From positions 1 through 45,414 of the forward strand of contig JAZRBT010000225.1 in NCBI GenBank assembly GCA_045635245.1: a stretch of 45,414 nucleotides of DNA. Direction: 5' to 3'. Below the pieces are notes generated by a model. It had not been told where the DNA came from, ran no database searches, and saw only the letters and a program-made list of their open reading frames with translations. This stretch comes from Candidatus Coprenecus sp. GTDB taxonomy: Bacteria; Bacteroidota; Bacteroidia; Bacteroidales; UBA932. The position numbers and the translations under genes were made by a program. Numbering within the stretch: the first letter of the stretch is position 1; every line of letters begins with the position of its first letter. This document shows positions 34,826 to 43,788 of this stretch, one piece after another.

Positions 34826-35680
34826 GTGAATAAAAGATTGACAGTAGTATTGGGACCAACGGCAGTCGGTAAGACCGACTATGCTATAGATTTGGCATTG
34901 AAGTATGGTTGCCCAATACTATCCTGTGATTCCCGGCAGATTTTTACCGAGATGAGAATCGGTACAGCTCCTCCAAGTGCCGAGCAGTTGGAGAAGGTCA
35001 AACACTATTTTATATTTTCCCACTCAGTTACAGATTATTATTCAGCAGGGCAGTATGAATTGGATGCAATGGAACTGCTCTCGGAATTATTCAAAGAGTA
35101 CGACGACATAGTGATGGTCGGAGGCTCAGGATTATACGCCGATGCTTTGTGCTATGGTCTCGATGATTTTCCTGCTGCGGACCAGCAATTGCGCAAGACT
35201 CTTACAGAACAGGCTTTCGGAACGGAGTTTCCGTTGCTGCAGCAGCGTCTGAGGGAATTGGATCCCGACTCACTCAATTTTATAGATATTTCCAACAAAC
35301 AAAGGGTTATCAGAGCTCTTGAGGTGACTATTTCCACCGGTAAAAAATATTCTTCATACCGGACAGCGCCCAAGAAGAAGCGTTTTTTCGAGATAGAACG
35401 CTTGGCGCTGAATATGCCTCGTGAGATACTCTATGACCGCATTAACCGCCGTGTGGATTTAATGGTGGAAAATGGGTTGGTCGAAGAGGTTCAGGGACTT
35501 ATGGAGTATAGGGATATGCCTGCCCTCAGGACTGTGGGGTACAAGGAAATTTTTGAATATCTCGACGGAAACATATCGCTCGACAGAGCAATAGACCTTA
35601 TAAAAAGAGATACCCGCCGTTATGCTAAACGGCAGGTAACCTATTTTGCTAAAGAAAGGCAAGTCGAAGTGCAACTTTAG
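34826..35680 (+). CDS. miaA: tRNA dimethylallyltransferase
   Basis: 284 aa with a GTG start. P-loop VLGPTAVGKT, SCDSRQIF, and the ...RRYAKRQVTYF C-terminal block. Confidence 0.92.
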   Translation: MNKRLTVVLGPTAVGKTDYAIDLALKYGCPILSCDSRQIFTEMRIGTAPPSAEQLEKVKHYFIFSHSVTDYYSAGQYELDAMELLSELFKEYDDIVMVGGSGLYADALCYGLDDFPAADQQLRKTLTEQAFGTEFPLLQQRLRELDPDSLNFIDISNKQRVIRALEVTISTGKKYSSYRTAPKKKRFFEIERLALNMPREILYDRINRRVDLMVENGLVEEVQGLMEYRDMPALRTVGYKEIFEYLDGNISLDRAIDLIKRDTRRYAKRQVTYFAKERQVEVQL

Positions 35681-37890
35681 TTTGCCACTTCGCAAATGAA
35701 TTTCAGTCTTACCAATCTTATCTCTTCTTCTTCATATTCTCCACCGAGTTCATCCAATGCTTCTTTTATAGAATCGGATTCGGCATCGTTTTTAAAGTAG
35801 TCGAATATATCGTCGATGGTATCCTCATCAACCACTTGTTTGATAAAGTAATCGAGATTGATCTTGGTTCCCGAGTTTACAATGGTCTCAATTTCGTCCA
35901 ACAGGTCGAAGAAGTCCATATTCTTTCTCTCTGCAATCTCGTCCAAAGGAACTTTTCTGTCGATACTTTGGATAATGAAGACTTTGTTTTCAGATTTGTT
36001 TGGAACAGATTTTATGACAATGTCGTTGGGACGTTCGATTTCGTTTTCCTCAACATATTTTTCAATAAGTTTAAGGAATTCCGCACCATATTTGACCGCT
36101 TTTCCTGCACCTACTCCCTGACAACCTTTCAATTCGTCGATGGTAATAGGGTAGAGTATTGACATATCTTCCAGAGAAGGGTCACTGAAAATTACCCAAC
36201 TTGGCAAAGAGAGTTTTTTGGAGAGGTCTTTTCTCAGGTTTTTAAGCATTGAGAGCAGAACCATATCTCCTCCACCTCCTCCGGTGACTCCCCCTTTTGC
36301 GCCACCCATAGCGAATGCGTCATCATCGTCATCGTCTCCTTCGACGAAGGTTCTGTCTTCTGCTATCATCAGCTGGTGTGGAGCGTTGAGGAATTCAATA
36401 CCCTGCGGAGAAACAGAGATAAGTCCATATTGTTCAATGTCTTTATCCAAAAGGTGCATTACCAGTCCTTGACGGATGACAGCCAGCCAATATTTGCTTC
36501 CTTTCTCTTTATCGATACCATAGAATTCGCTATGGTGATGATTGTAGGACTTGATAATGGAGTTCGATTCTCCGGCAAGTATATTTGCAAGGTGTTCTGC
36601 CTTGAAATTTTCTTTCATTGATTCGATCAGCTCGATGACTGTACACATATCTTGCTGCCCGTCGAACATTTTCTTTGGATGCAAGCAGTTGTCACAGTTT
36701 CCGCAATTCTCCTCGTTGTAATCTTCTCCGAAATAGTTCAGCAGAACTTTTCTGCGGCAACGGTTTGTCTCGGCGTATGCAACAGTCTCAAGGAGAAGCT
36801 GCTTTCCGATTTCCTGTTCGGAAATGGGTTTTCCCTGCATAAACTTCTCGAGTTTCTGGATGTCTTTATAGCTGTAGAAGGTCAGACATTTTCCTTCCCG
36901 TCCGTCTCTGCCGGCGCGTCCTGTCTCCTGATAGTATCCTTCGAGGCTCTTGGGAATGTCGTAGTGTATTACAAATCGTACATCAGGTTTGTCGATGCCC
37001 ATACCGAAAGCGATGGTTGCCACAATAACATCTATCTCCTCCATCAGGAATTTGTCCTGATTCTTGGCTCTGGTGGCTGCATCCATACCTGCGTGGTAGG
37101 GGAGGGCTTTGATTCCATTGATATTCAGAAACTCGGCAATCTCTTCAACTTTCTTTCTGCTGAGACAATAGATGATACCCGATTTTCCAGAATTTGAACG
37201 GATAAACTGAATGAGCTCTTTTTTGATATTAGATTTGTCCCTTATTTCATAATATAGGTTGGGTCTGTTGAAAGAACTCTTGAATACCCGGGCGTCGGTC
37301 ATACAAAGGTTTTTCTGAATGTCGGACTGCACTTTCGGGGTGGCAGTAGCGGTAAGAGTAATGATTGGAGCCCTTCCGATCTCTTCGACAATCTGACGGA
37401 TATTTCTGTATTCAGGTCTGAAGTCGTGTCCCCACTCGGAGATACAGTGCGCCTCGTCTATTGCATAAAATGAAATAGGTATCTGTTTCAAAAGGGCAAC
37501 ATTCTCCTCTTTTGTGAGTGACTCCGGTGCAACATAGAGAAGTTTGGTCACTCCGGTGATCAAATCGTTTTTGACAGATTGGATCTGCGCTCTGTTGAGT
37601 GATGAATTTAAAAAGTTTGCAATACCTTGGGTTCCGGAGATAAATCCTCGGATGGCATCTACCTGGTTTTTCATTAGCGCAATCAGAGGAGATACCACAA
37701 TGGCAGTTCCGGGCATTAGCAGAGCAGGTAACTGATAGCATAGTGATTTACCGCCTCCGGTGGGCATAAGCACAAAGCAATTGTTTCCTTCAATCAGGTG
37801 AGTGATAATCTGTTCCTGCTCTCCTTTGAAGGAATCAAAGCCGAAAAACTTCTTTAAATTACGGTGCAATTCTTCAGAACTAATCTTCAT
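35677..37890 (-). CDS. recQ: ATP-dependent DNA helicase RecQ
   Basis: 737 aa. Motif I MPTGGGKS, DEAH box (AIDEAHCISEWGHDFRPEY), RecQ zinc finger (CRR...CGNCDNC), and a C-terminal HRDC-like region after a poly-Asp/Gly linker. Confidence 0.95.
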   Translation of the reverse strand: MKISSEELHRNLKKFFGFDSFKGEQEQIITHLIEGNNCFVLMPTGGGKSLCYQLPALLMPGTAIVVSPLIALMKNQVDAIRGFISGTQGIANFLNSSLNRAQIQSVKNDLITGVTKLLYVAPESLTKEENVALLKQIPISFYAIDEAHCISEWGHDFRPEYRNIRQIVEEIGRAPIITLTATATPKVQSDIQKNLCMTDARVFKSSFNRPNLYYEIRDKSNIKKELIQFIRSNSGKSGIIYCLSRKKVEEIAEFLNINGIKALPYHAGMDAATRAKNQDKFLMEEIDVIVATIAFGMGIDKPDVRFVIHYDIPKSLEGYYQETGRAGRDGREGKCLTFYSYKDIQKLEKFMQGKPISEQEIGKQLLLETVAYAETNRCRRKVLLNYFGEDYNEENCGNCDNCLHPKKMFDGQQDMCTVIELIESMKENFKAEHLANILAGESNSIIKSYNHHHSEFYGIDKEKGSKYWLAVIRQGLVMHLLDKDIEQYGLISVSPQGIEFLNAPHQLMIAEDRTFVEGDDDDDDAFAMGGAKGGVTGGGGGDMVLLSMLKNLRKDLSKKLSLPSWVIFSDPSLEDMSILYPITIDELKGCQGVGAGKAVKYGAEFLKLIEKYVEENEIERPNDIVIKSVPNKSENKVFIIQSIDRKVPLDEIAERKNMDFFDLLDEIETIVNSGTKINLDYFIKQVVDEDTIDDIFDYFKNDAESDSIKEALDELGGEYEEEEIRLVRLKFICEVAN

Positions 37891-38020
37891 ATTTATTACC
37901 TTTGTGCCTCTAAATTATCTAAAACTTTATTTTTCTGCAAATAAAATCGGCGGAAAACGGAAAAAATAAAGTGGCTGATTTTGTAAATGACTGTTTATCA
38001 GTTTTATGAAACTTTTATAA

Positions 38021-39076
38021 ATGTTAATTGATATGAGTGATTTTAATCCAAATGACATCGGGGTTGCAAATGGTAACTATTTCGGATTGCCCTGTAATGA
38101 AGAAGAAGCGAATATTGTATTGTTGTCTGTTCCCTGGGATGCTACAGTCTCTTATGGAAAGGGTACTGCAGATGGCCCACAGGCAATTATAGATGCCTCT
38201 TTGCAGGTGGACTTGTTCGATGAAAAGATTCCTCAAAGCTGGAATACCAAGGCCTGGACAGTTCCTGTGTCGGAAGATATATATGAAATGAGTGCCAAAG
38301 CTCGTCAGGCTGCAGAGGATGTTATCGCGGCATTGGAGTCTGGAGAGAGTGTCTCAGCTGACCATATAGCACTCAGAGCAGTGAACAATGCTTCGGACAA
38401 ACTTAATGCATACGTGGCAGAGCAATCTGAGAAATATATTTCACAAGGCAAACTTGTGGCAGTGGTTGGTGGAGAACACAGCGTGCCATTCGGATTGATA
38501 AAAACTTTGGGTGAACATCACGAAAATTTTGGGGTGCTGCATCTGGATGCCCATTCTGATACCAGAAATGCTTATGAGGGATTCAAATTCTCTCACGCTT
38601 CGATAATGTACAATGTGTTGGAGAATGTTCCTTCGGTGAGCAAAATTGTTCAAGTCGGAATCAGAGATTACTGTTCGGATGAGCATCAGTTGATTTTCAA
38701 TTCTCCAAGAGTTGCCCCTTTCACCGATTTTATGTTGAATCAGATGCAGTTCAATGGCCGTACCTGGAACGATATCTGTGATGAGATTATCTCCAATCTG
38801 CCCGAGAAGGTATATATCAGTTTTGATATAGATGCCCTGACTCCGGAGAATTGTCCAAATACAGGAACTCCTGTTCCCGGAGGTTTGACATTTGCTCAGG
38901 CTGACTATCTGATTTACAAGTTGAGCAAGTCGGGTAAGAAGATTATCGGTTTTGACTTGTGTGAGGTGGCTCCCGGCGAAGAGGGGGAATGGGATGCAAA
39001 TGTAGGTGCCCGCATATTATATAAGATATTGGTGTATACCGCTGAGAACGGAAAAAGTCTTATATTTGCAGATTGA
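38021..39076 (+). CDS. Arginase-family ureohydrolase (agmatinase / formiminoglutamase-like)
   Basis: 351 aa. Mn-binding motifs GGEHS, HLDAHSD and SFDIDAL. An alternative start is ATG 38033. The exact substrate cannot be told from sequence alone. Confidence 0.8.
   Translation: MLIDMSDFNPNDIGVANGNYFGLPCNEEEANIVLLSVPWDATVSYGKGTADGPQAIIDASLQVDLFDEKIPQSWNTKAWTVPVSEDIYEMSAKARQAAEDVIAALESGESVSADHIALRAVNNASDKLNAYVAEQSEKYISQGKLVAVVGGEHSVPFGLIKTLGEHHENFGVLHLDAHSDTRNAYEGFKFSHASIMYNVLENVPSVSKIVQVGIRDYCSDEHQLIFNSPRVAPFTDFMLNQMQFNGRTWNDICDEIISNLPEKVYISFDIDALTPENCPNTGTPVPGGLTFAQADYLIYKLSKSGKKIIGFDLCEVAPGEEGEWDANVGARILYKILVYTAENGKSLIFAD
39061..39068 (+). promoter_or_regulatory. -7 box TATATTTG for nhaA (inside the 3' end of the upstream gene)
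   Basis: Exact match ending 23 nt before ATG 39092. Confidence 0.35.
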
Positions 39077-39091
39077 AGTTAAAAAAGATAT

Positions 39092-40432
39092 ATGAATATG
39101 GGTCTAAGTTCGAAAGTTATTCCGGGTCTTAAAGGGGCATATCACACGTTTGTCCACAGTAAGACTACCGGTGGTATTCTATTGTTGATTTGTGCGGCGG
39201 TCGCTGTAATGTCTGCCAATATCCCTGCAATGAGGGGTTTGTATGAGTTGTGGGATACAGAGATAGGTTTCTCGTTGGGAACTTTCTCGTTCAGTATGCC
39301 ATTGGAAATGTGGATCAACGATGTGTTGATGACCGTATTCTTCTTCTCTGTAGGACTCGAGATTAAACGCGAATTGCTCGTTGGGGAGTTGTCTTCGCCC
39401 AAGAAGGCTCTCTTGCCGATTTTTGCAGCTTTGGGAGGTATGATTGTCCCTGCGATTTTCTATGCTCTAATCAATGGTGGTACTCCGAGTGCGAATGGCT
39501 GGGGTATTCCGATGGCTACCGATATTGCATTTGCAATCGGTATCCTTTCGTTGTTGGGAAGCCGTTGTCCTCTGTCACTGAAAGTGTTCCTGACAGCTTT
39601 GGCAATTGTCGATGATATCGGGGCAATTATTGTCCTTGCGATATTTTATCCCTCTCACGCACTTCATCTGAACTATTTGATTTTCGCAGCAATTATCATA
39701 TTGATTCTTGTCTTGATTAACCGTTCGGGAGTGAAGAGCTCGGCAGCTTATCTAATCCCCGGATTCTTCTTGTTCCTCTGCATTTTCCAATCGGGAATCC
39801 ACGCCACTATCGCAGGTGTGATTCTGGCAATGACCATTCCTGCCACCACTTCTATCAATGAGGTGAGATTCTATGTCGGTACAAAATCTCTTCTGGAGAA
39901 ATTCAAGGAGGCTGGAAATAGCGAGGTGCAGGTTTTGGCAAATTCCGAACAACTCGACTACATATATCGTATGTCGCAGAGTGTCAAGACTATGAATCCT
40001 TTGTTGCATAGACTTGAAAGTAAACTGCACCATTGGGTGAACTTCTTTATTATGCCTGTCTTTGCCCTTGCAAATGCCGGAGTGGAGATAAATGGAGAAG
40101 TTCTCTCTTCGGGAGTTGTTCCTCCTGTGATGCAGGGTATTTTCTTCGGACTTTTATTTGGTAAACCAATCGGTATCACATTGTTCAGTTTCCTTGCAGT
40201 GAAAATGAAACTTGCACAGGCTCCTGTAGGAGTGCGTTGGAGACAAGTATTTGCTCTTGGTATTGTGGGTGGTATCGGATTTACAATGTCCATTTTCATA
40301 GATAACCTTGCCTTCAAAGATGCAATGTTGATAGACCAGGGAAAACTTGCAATTCTTGTAACATCAACATTTGCAGCAATTGTGGGTCTTTTGGCACTCT
40401 TTTTGACAACACGAGCAACTGGAAAAAAATAA
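39092..40432 (+). CDS. nhaA: Na+/H+ antiporter NhaA
   Basis: 446 aa, polytopic. WINDVLMTVFFFSVGLEIKRE and ATDIAFAIGILSLLG...ALAIVDDIGAI are NhaA signatures. Confidence 0.92.
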   Translation: MNMGLSSKVIPGLKGAYHTFVHSKTTGGILLLICAAVAVMSANIPAMRGLYELWDTEIGFSLGTFSFSMPLEMWINDVLMTVFFFSVGLEIKRELLVGELSSPKKALLPIFAALGGMIVPAIFYALINGGTPSANGWGIPMATDIAFAIGILSLLGSRCPLSLKVFLTALAIVDDIGAIIVLAIFYPSHALHLNYLIFAAIIILILVLINRSGVKSSAAYLIPGFFLFLCIFQSGIHATIAGVILAMTIPATTSINEVRFYVGTKSLLEKFKEAGNSEVQVLANSEQLDYIYRMSQSVKTMNPLLHRLESKLHHWVNFFIMPVFALANAGVEINGEVLSSGVVPPVMQGIFFGLLFGKPIGITLFSFLAVKMKLAQAPVGVRWRQVFALGIVGGIGFTMSIFIDNLAFKDAMLIDQGKLAILVTSTFAAIVGLLALFLTTRATGKK

Positions 40433-40458
40433 TAACATTAATATACTCATAAATTAAA

Positions 40459-41259
40459 ATGAAAAAAACTATTATTATCGCAGTAGCTGCTATGGCAGCA
40501 CTATTCGCAGTTTCTTCTTGCGGAAACAAAGTTTACAAAGCAGGTGACAGAATGCCTGAAACAACTTCTTCAAAAATCGACTCAATCAGCTACGCTTTGG
40601 GTATGTATTATGCAGCAACTTTGACAAATGCTCCTTTCGGAGAAATCAATCTTGCAGAACTTCAAAAAGGTTTTGATGATGTTTTGGCTGGTAATGTGGA
40701 GACCAGAATCAAACAAGAAGAAGTTAGTATGATGATTCAGATGTACCTTATGCAAAGACAAGGTTATGTAGCAAATGCTGCAAAAGAACAAGGTGCTGAA
40801 TTCCTATTGAAAAACAAAGAGAAAGAAGGTGTTATCGAGACTGAAAGCGGTCTTCAATACAAAGTTCTTGTAGAAGGTAGCGGTATTGCTCCTGACGTTA
40901 CTGATACTGTAGAAGTACACTATGAAGGAAAACTTCTTGATGGTACAGTATTCGACTCTTCTTACAAAAATGGAGAGCCTATCAAATTCCCTTTGAACAG
41001 AGTTATCAAAGGTTGGACAGAAGGTCTTACTTATGCTAAAGAGGGTGGTAAAATCGAACTTTATATCCCTGCTGACTTGGCATACGGCCAAAGAGGTAGC
41101 GGTCCTATCCCCGGCAACTCAACTTTGATTTTCAATGTTGAACTTATCAAAGTTATGAAGGCTGCTCCTGCAACTGAAGTTAAAGCTGCAGAACCTGAAA
41201 AAATGAAAAAAGAATCTAAAATTTCTTTGTCAAAGAAACCAGAACAAACTAAAAAATAG
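40459..41259 (+). CDS. FKBP-type peptidyl-prolyl cis-trans isomerase lipoprotein (Mip/FklB-like)
   Basis: 266 aa. Lipobox (FAVSSC), an N-terminal dimerisation-type helix region, and the FKBP core VHYEGKLLDGTVFDSSY...VIKGWTEGL...IPADLAYG. Confidence 0.9.
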   Translation: MKKTIIIAVAAMAALFAVSSCGNKVYKAGDRMPETTSSKIDSISYALGMYYAATLTNAPFGEINLAELQKGFDDVLAGNVETRIKQEEVSMMIQMYLMQRQGYVANAAKEQGAEFLLKNKEKEGVIETESGLQYKVLVEGSGIAPDVTDTVEVHYEGKLLDGTVFDSSYKNGEPIKFPLNRVIKGWTEGLTYAKEGGKIELYIPADLAYGQRGSGPIPGNSTLIFNVELIKVMKAAPATEVKAAEPEKMKKESKISLSKKPEQTKK

Positions 41260-41281
41260 TGTTATTTAAACCTGAATCGGA

Positions 41282-43522
41282 ATGAACAGGAAAACGATAA
41301 TCGTTTATAGTGTGATTGCGGCACTCCTAATCTTGGGTGTGGGTTCGTTGTTTTATCTGCTATTTTCCAAAGAAGGTGGGAACGACCAGCCGTATATCTC
41401 AATATCAGAAGGTATTTCAGCAATTCCATCCGATGCGATTGTCTTGTTCGAGTCCGAGAAATTGGAAAAAATAGCAACATATATGGAGCGTGGGGGGGCA
41501 TTTGATTCATTTGTCAAAATGCTCCCTGACGATTCCAATAATTGGAATGCCATTTTCTCCTCTCATTATTCAAGCAAAAACAAGGTTTCACCGCTGCTGG
41601 TGATATCTGTGCCGGAAGATGCCGATGTCCAGACTCTGATGAGTCGTATAGAACGTAAATGTTCCGGTGTCGTCAATAAAAGATACGGCGACAATGTAAT
41701 CTACCGTTCCACTGTACCCAATATTTCGTTTACAGTGTACGGTAATTTCATTTTGGCGAGTGAGTCTCTTATCGTTGTGGAGTCATCACTCAGACATATT
41801 GATAATCAGACCTCTATAGAGGATGATGCACTTTATGGCTCTGTTTCTGGAGTCAAACATAATAACGAGGTGTTGCACCTGAATCACAGTAATTTGGGTA
41901 AAATGTTCTCGGGATTTGCCGGTAAAGATTATTTGAAATATGCAGGATTTGCCCAGTCGTTTGCCGGTTGGTCAACATTCTCAGTAGATGGACAACCCAA
42001 TAAAATTACTCTTCAGGGTAAGTCCAATGCCTCTTCACAAGAGGCTAATTTCGCCAATGTCCTTTTGACTCAGAAAGAACAGAAAAGCGATATATATACC
42101 TTGATTCCAAATCATTGCAAGTATTTGTTTATACTCTCAATATCTGATATTGGAGCATATTTGAACAATTATTCGACCTATTTGGAATCTCACAAGAAGT
42201 TAAAGGATTACAACTATCTGAATGTGATGGCTCAAAAGGCTATCTCTTCGAATGTATCCACTTTCAATTTTATCAAATCTCTCAAGCCCGAGCAAATTGC
42301 GGTTTTCGGATTTGATATGGATGGCAAGGAAAAAAGGGTATTGGCAATAAAATCTAAAGAAACTGCCCCTCTGGGAGAACAGACAGATTCTATTGCCAAC
42401 TATATATATAAGAAGTATATCCCTGAGGTAATGGGACAGTTTTTTGCTCCTACCTCGCAGGAAAAATATTTTGTAAATGACGGATGGATATTCATAGGGG
42501 GAGATTCTGAAATAGAATATCTATATAAGGAACAGGCGAATGAGTTTATGTTCAATTTGGATGATTATCTCACTCAGACTCCTGCTTCAGAGCATTTGGG
42601 TGAGAGTTCTGTCATTTCGATGTATCTGAATTTGAATCGCAGTGCCGATTCTTTGTCCAGATTTCTAAAAGGTTCCTATGGTGACAAGTTTAAGGAGCTT
42701 GTAACTGATGAGAATTTTGAATGTGCCTTTATTCAGATTGGAAAGGAAAATGGTTCGTTGGGAACCGGTATTGTATATTATCACGAGGATCTTGCCACTA
42801 TGCCTGCACCGCTGAGAGTTCCGGAGATGGAACAGATGGAGGTGCTCGACAATACTGTGGTTGAAGTATTTGGAGGTCCGTTTGTGGTCAAAGATTTTCG
42901 CAATGGTTCTATGAATTATCTCGAACAGAGGGATAATAACGATCTGCGCCTGTTGAACAGTGCAAAGAAAGGGATTTGGACCATTAAGTTTGATTCACCT
43001 TTGTGTGGCTCAGTGGAACAGATAGATTATCTGAAGAACGACAAACTTCAGATGCTTTTCTGCTCCGGAAGTAAAATGTATCTGTTGGACAGATTGGGCA
43101 GAAAGGTTGGCAAATTCCCTGTTTCGTTGGGTAAAGAGGTGTTGCTCGGTCCCAATGTTTACGATTTTAAAGGGGACAAGGAGTATGTGGCGGTAGTTTT
43201 GCATACCGATAATACTATCTCGATGTATAATCTCGATGGTAGCAAGTATCCCTTGTGGAATGATGTCTCTTTGAATGAGACTATTGTTTCATTGCCTCAG
43301 ATGATTACTGTGGGCAATGGCAGATATTGGGTGGTGAGAAGTGCTTACCAGACTTTGATTTATAAGTCTGATGGAACTCTTGCTGCTGAGTTTACAAAAA
43401 AGAAAAGGTTAAAAAAGGATACCAAGGTGGAGGTTATTTCTTCAAAAGAGGTGGCCGTTACGACATTCGAGGGAAGAGAAATGGTATTGAATTTGGATAA
43501 CGGTTCATTCCGTAAAAGATAG
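41282..43522 (+). CDS. Large membrane-anchored protein of unknown function (C-terminal beta-propeller-like repeats)
   Basis: 746 aa. A single N-terminal TM helix (IIVYSVIAALLILGVGSLFYLLF). The C-terminal 200 aa or so show repeated ...DG/LDR.G...FP... strand-rich units. Confidence 0.7.
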   Translation: MNRKTIIVYSVIAALLILGVGSLFYLLFSKEGGNDQPYISISEGISAIPSDAIVLFESEKLEKIATYMERGGAFDSFVKMLPDDSNNWNAIFSSHYSSKNKVSPLLVISVPEDADVQTLMSRIERKCSGVVNKRYGDNVIYRSTVPNISFTVYGNFILASESLIVVESSLRHIDNQTSIEDDALYGSVSGVKHNNEVLHLNHSNLGKMFSGFAGKDYLKYAGFAQSFAGWSTFSVDGQPNKITLQGKSNASSQEANFANVLLTQKEQKSDIYTLIPNHCKYLFILSISDIGAYLNNYSTYLESHKKLKDYNYLNVMAQKAISSNVSTFNFIKSLKPEQIAVFGFDMDGKEKRVLAIKSKETAPLGEQTDSIANYIYKKYIPEVMGQFFAPTSQEKYFVNDGWIFIGGDSEIEYLYKEQANEFMFNLDDYLTQTPASEHLGESSVISMYLNLNRSADSLSRFLKGSYGDKFKELVTDENFECAFIQIGKENGSLGTGIVYYHEDLATMPAPLRVPEMEQMEVLDNTVVEVFGGPFVVKDFRNGSMNYLEQRDNNDLRLLNSAKKGIWTIKFDSPLCGSVEQIDYLKNDKLQMLFCSGSKMYLLDRLGRKVGKFPVSLGKEVLLGPNVYDFKGDKEYVAVVLHTDNTISMYNLDGSKYPLWNDVSLNETIVSLPQMITVGNGRYWVVRSAYQTLIYKSDGTLAAEFTKKKRLKKDTKVEVISSKEVAVTTFEGREMVLNLDNGSFRKR

Positions 43523-43525
43523 ATT

Positions 43526-43780
43526 ATGAGTTTGTTAGGATTATTATTGTTTACAGCAATATTTATTTTCATTCTTGTGCCACTTGTCATTATCCGTATA
43601 ATCGGAGGTTTGTTCGGTGGCCGTAGCAGGAGAGGAGGATATTCTGCTCCCGAAAACCATTCAGGAAAGAGGGAGGGGGATGTGTTCGTTTCAGACAACA
43701 CACCTGACCAGCAGGAGAAAATTATTGATGATTCGATTGGTCAGTATGTTGATTACGAGGAAGTTGAAGAAAATAACTAA
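43526..43780 (+). CDS. Small membrane protein resembling the DUF4834 family
   Basis: 84 aa. N-terminal TM helix, Arg/Gly-rich segment, and a C-terminal GQYVDYEEVEE motif that I associate with Bacteroidota DUF4834 proteins. Confidence 0.6.
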   Translation: MSLLGLLLFTAIFIFILVPLVIIRIIGGLFGGRSRRGGYSAPENHSGKREGDVFVSDNTPDQQEKIIDDSIGQYVDYEEVEENN

Positions 43781-43788
43781 TTTTAATT

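Noticed and set aside
36265-36345. Poly-Asp / poly-Gly coding tract in recQ
   Set aside because: It is in frame and lies between the RQC and HRDC regions, where flexible linkers are normal. There is no sign of a frameshift or an insertion element.
40392-40406. Sigma-54-like element TGGCAC-N5-TTGA about 50 nt upstream of the FKBP gene
   Set aside because: The critical -12 GC is GA, and the site lies inside the nhaA coding region. By rough estimate, a TGGCAC followed by TTG at this spacing could occur by chance in 45 kb on two strands. It cannot be supported without an enhancer-binding-protein site or expression data.
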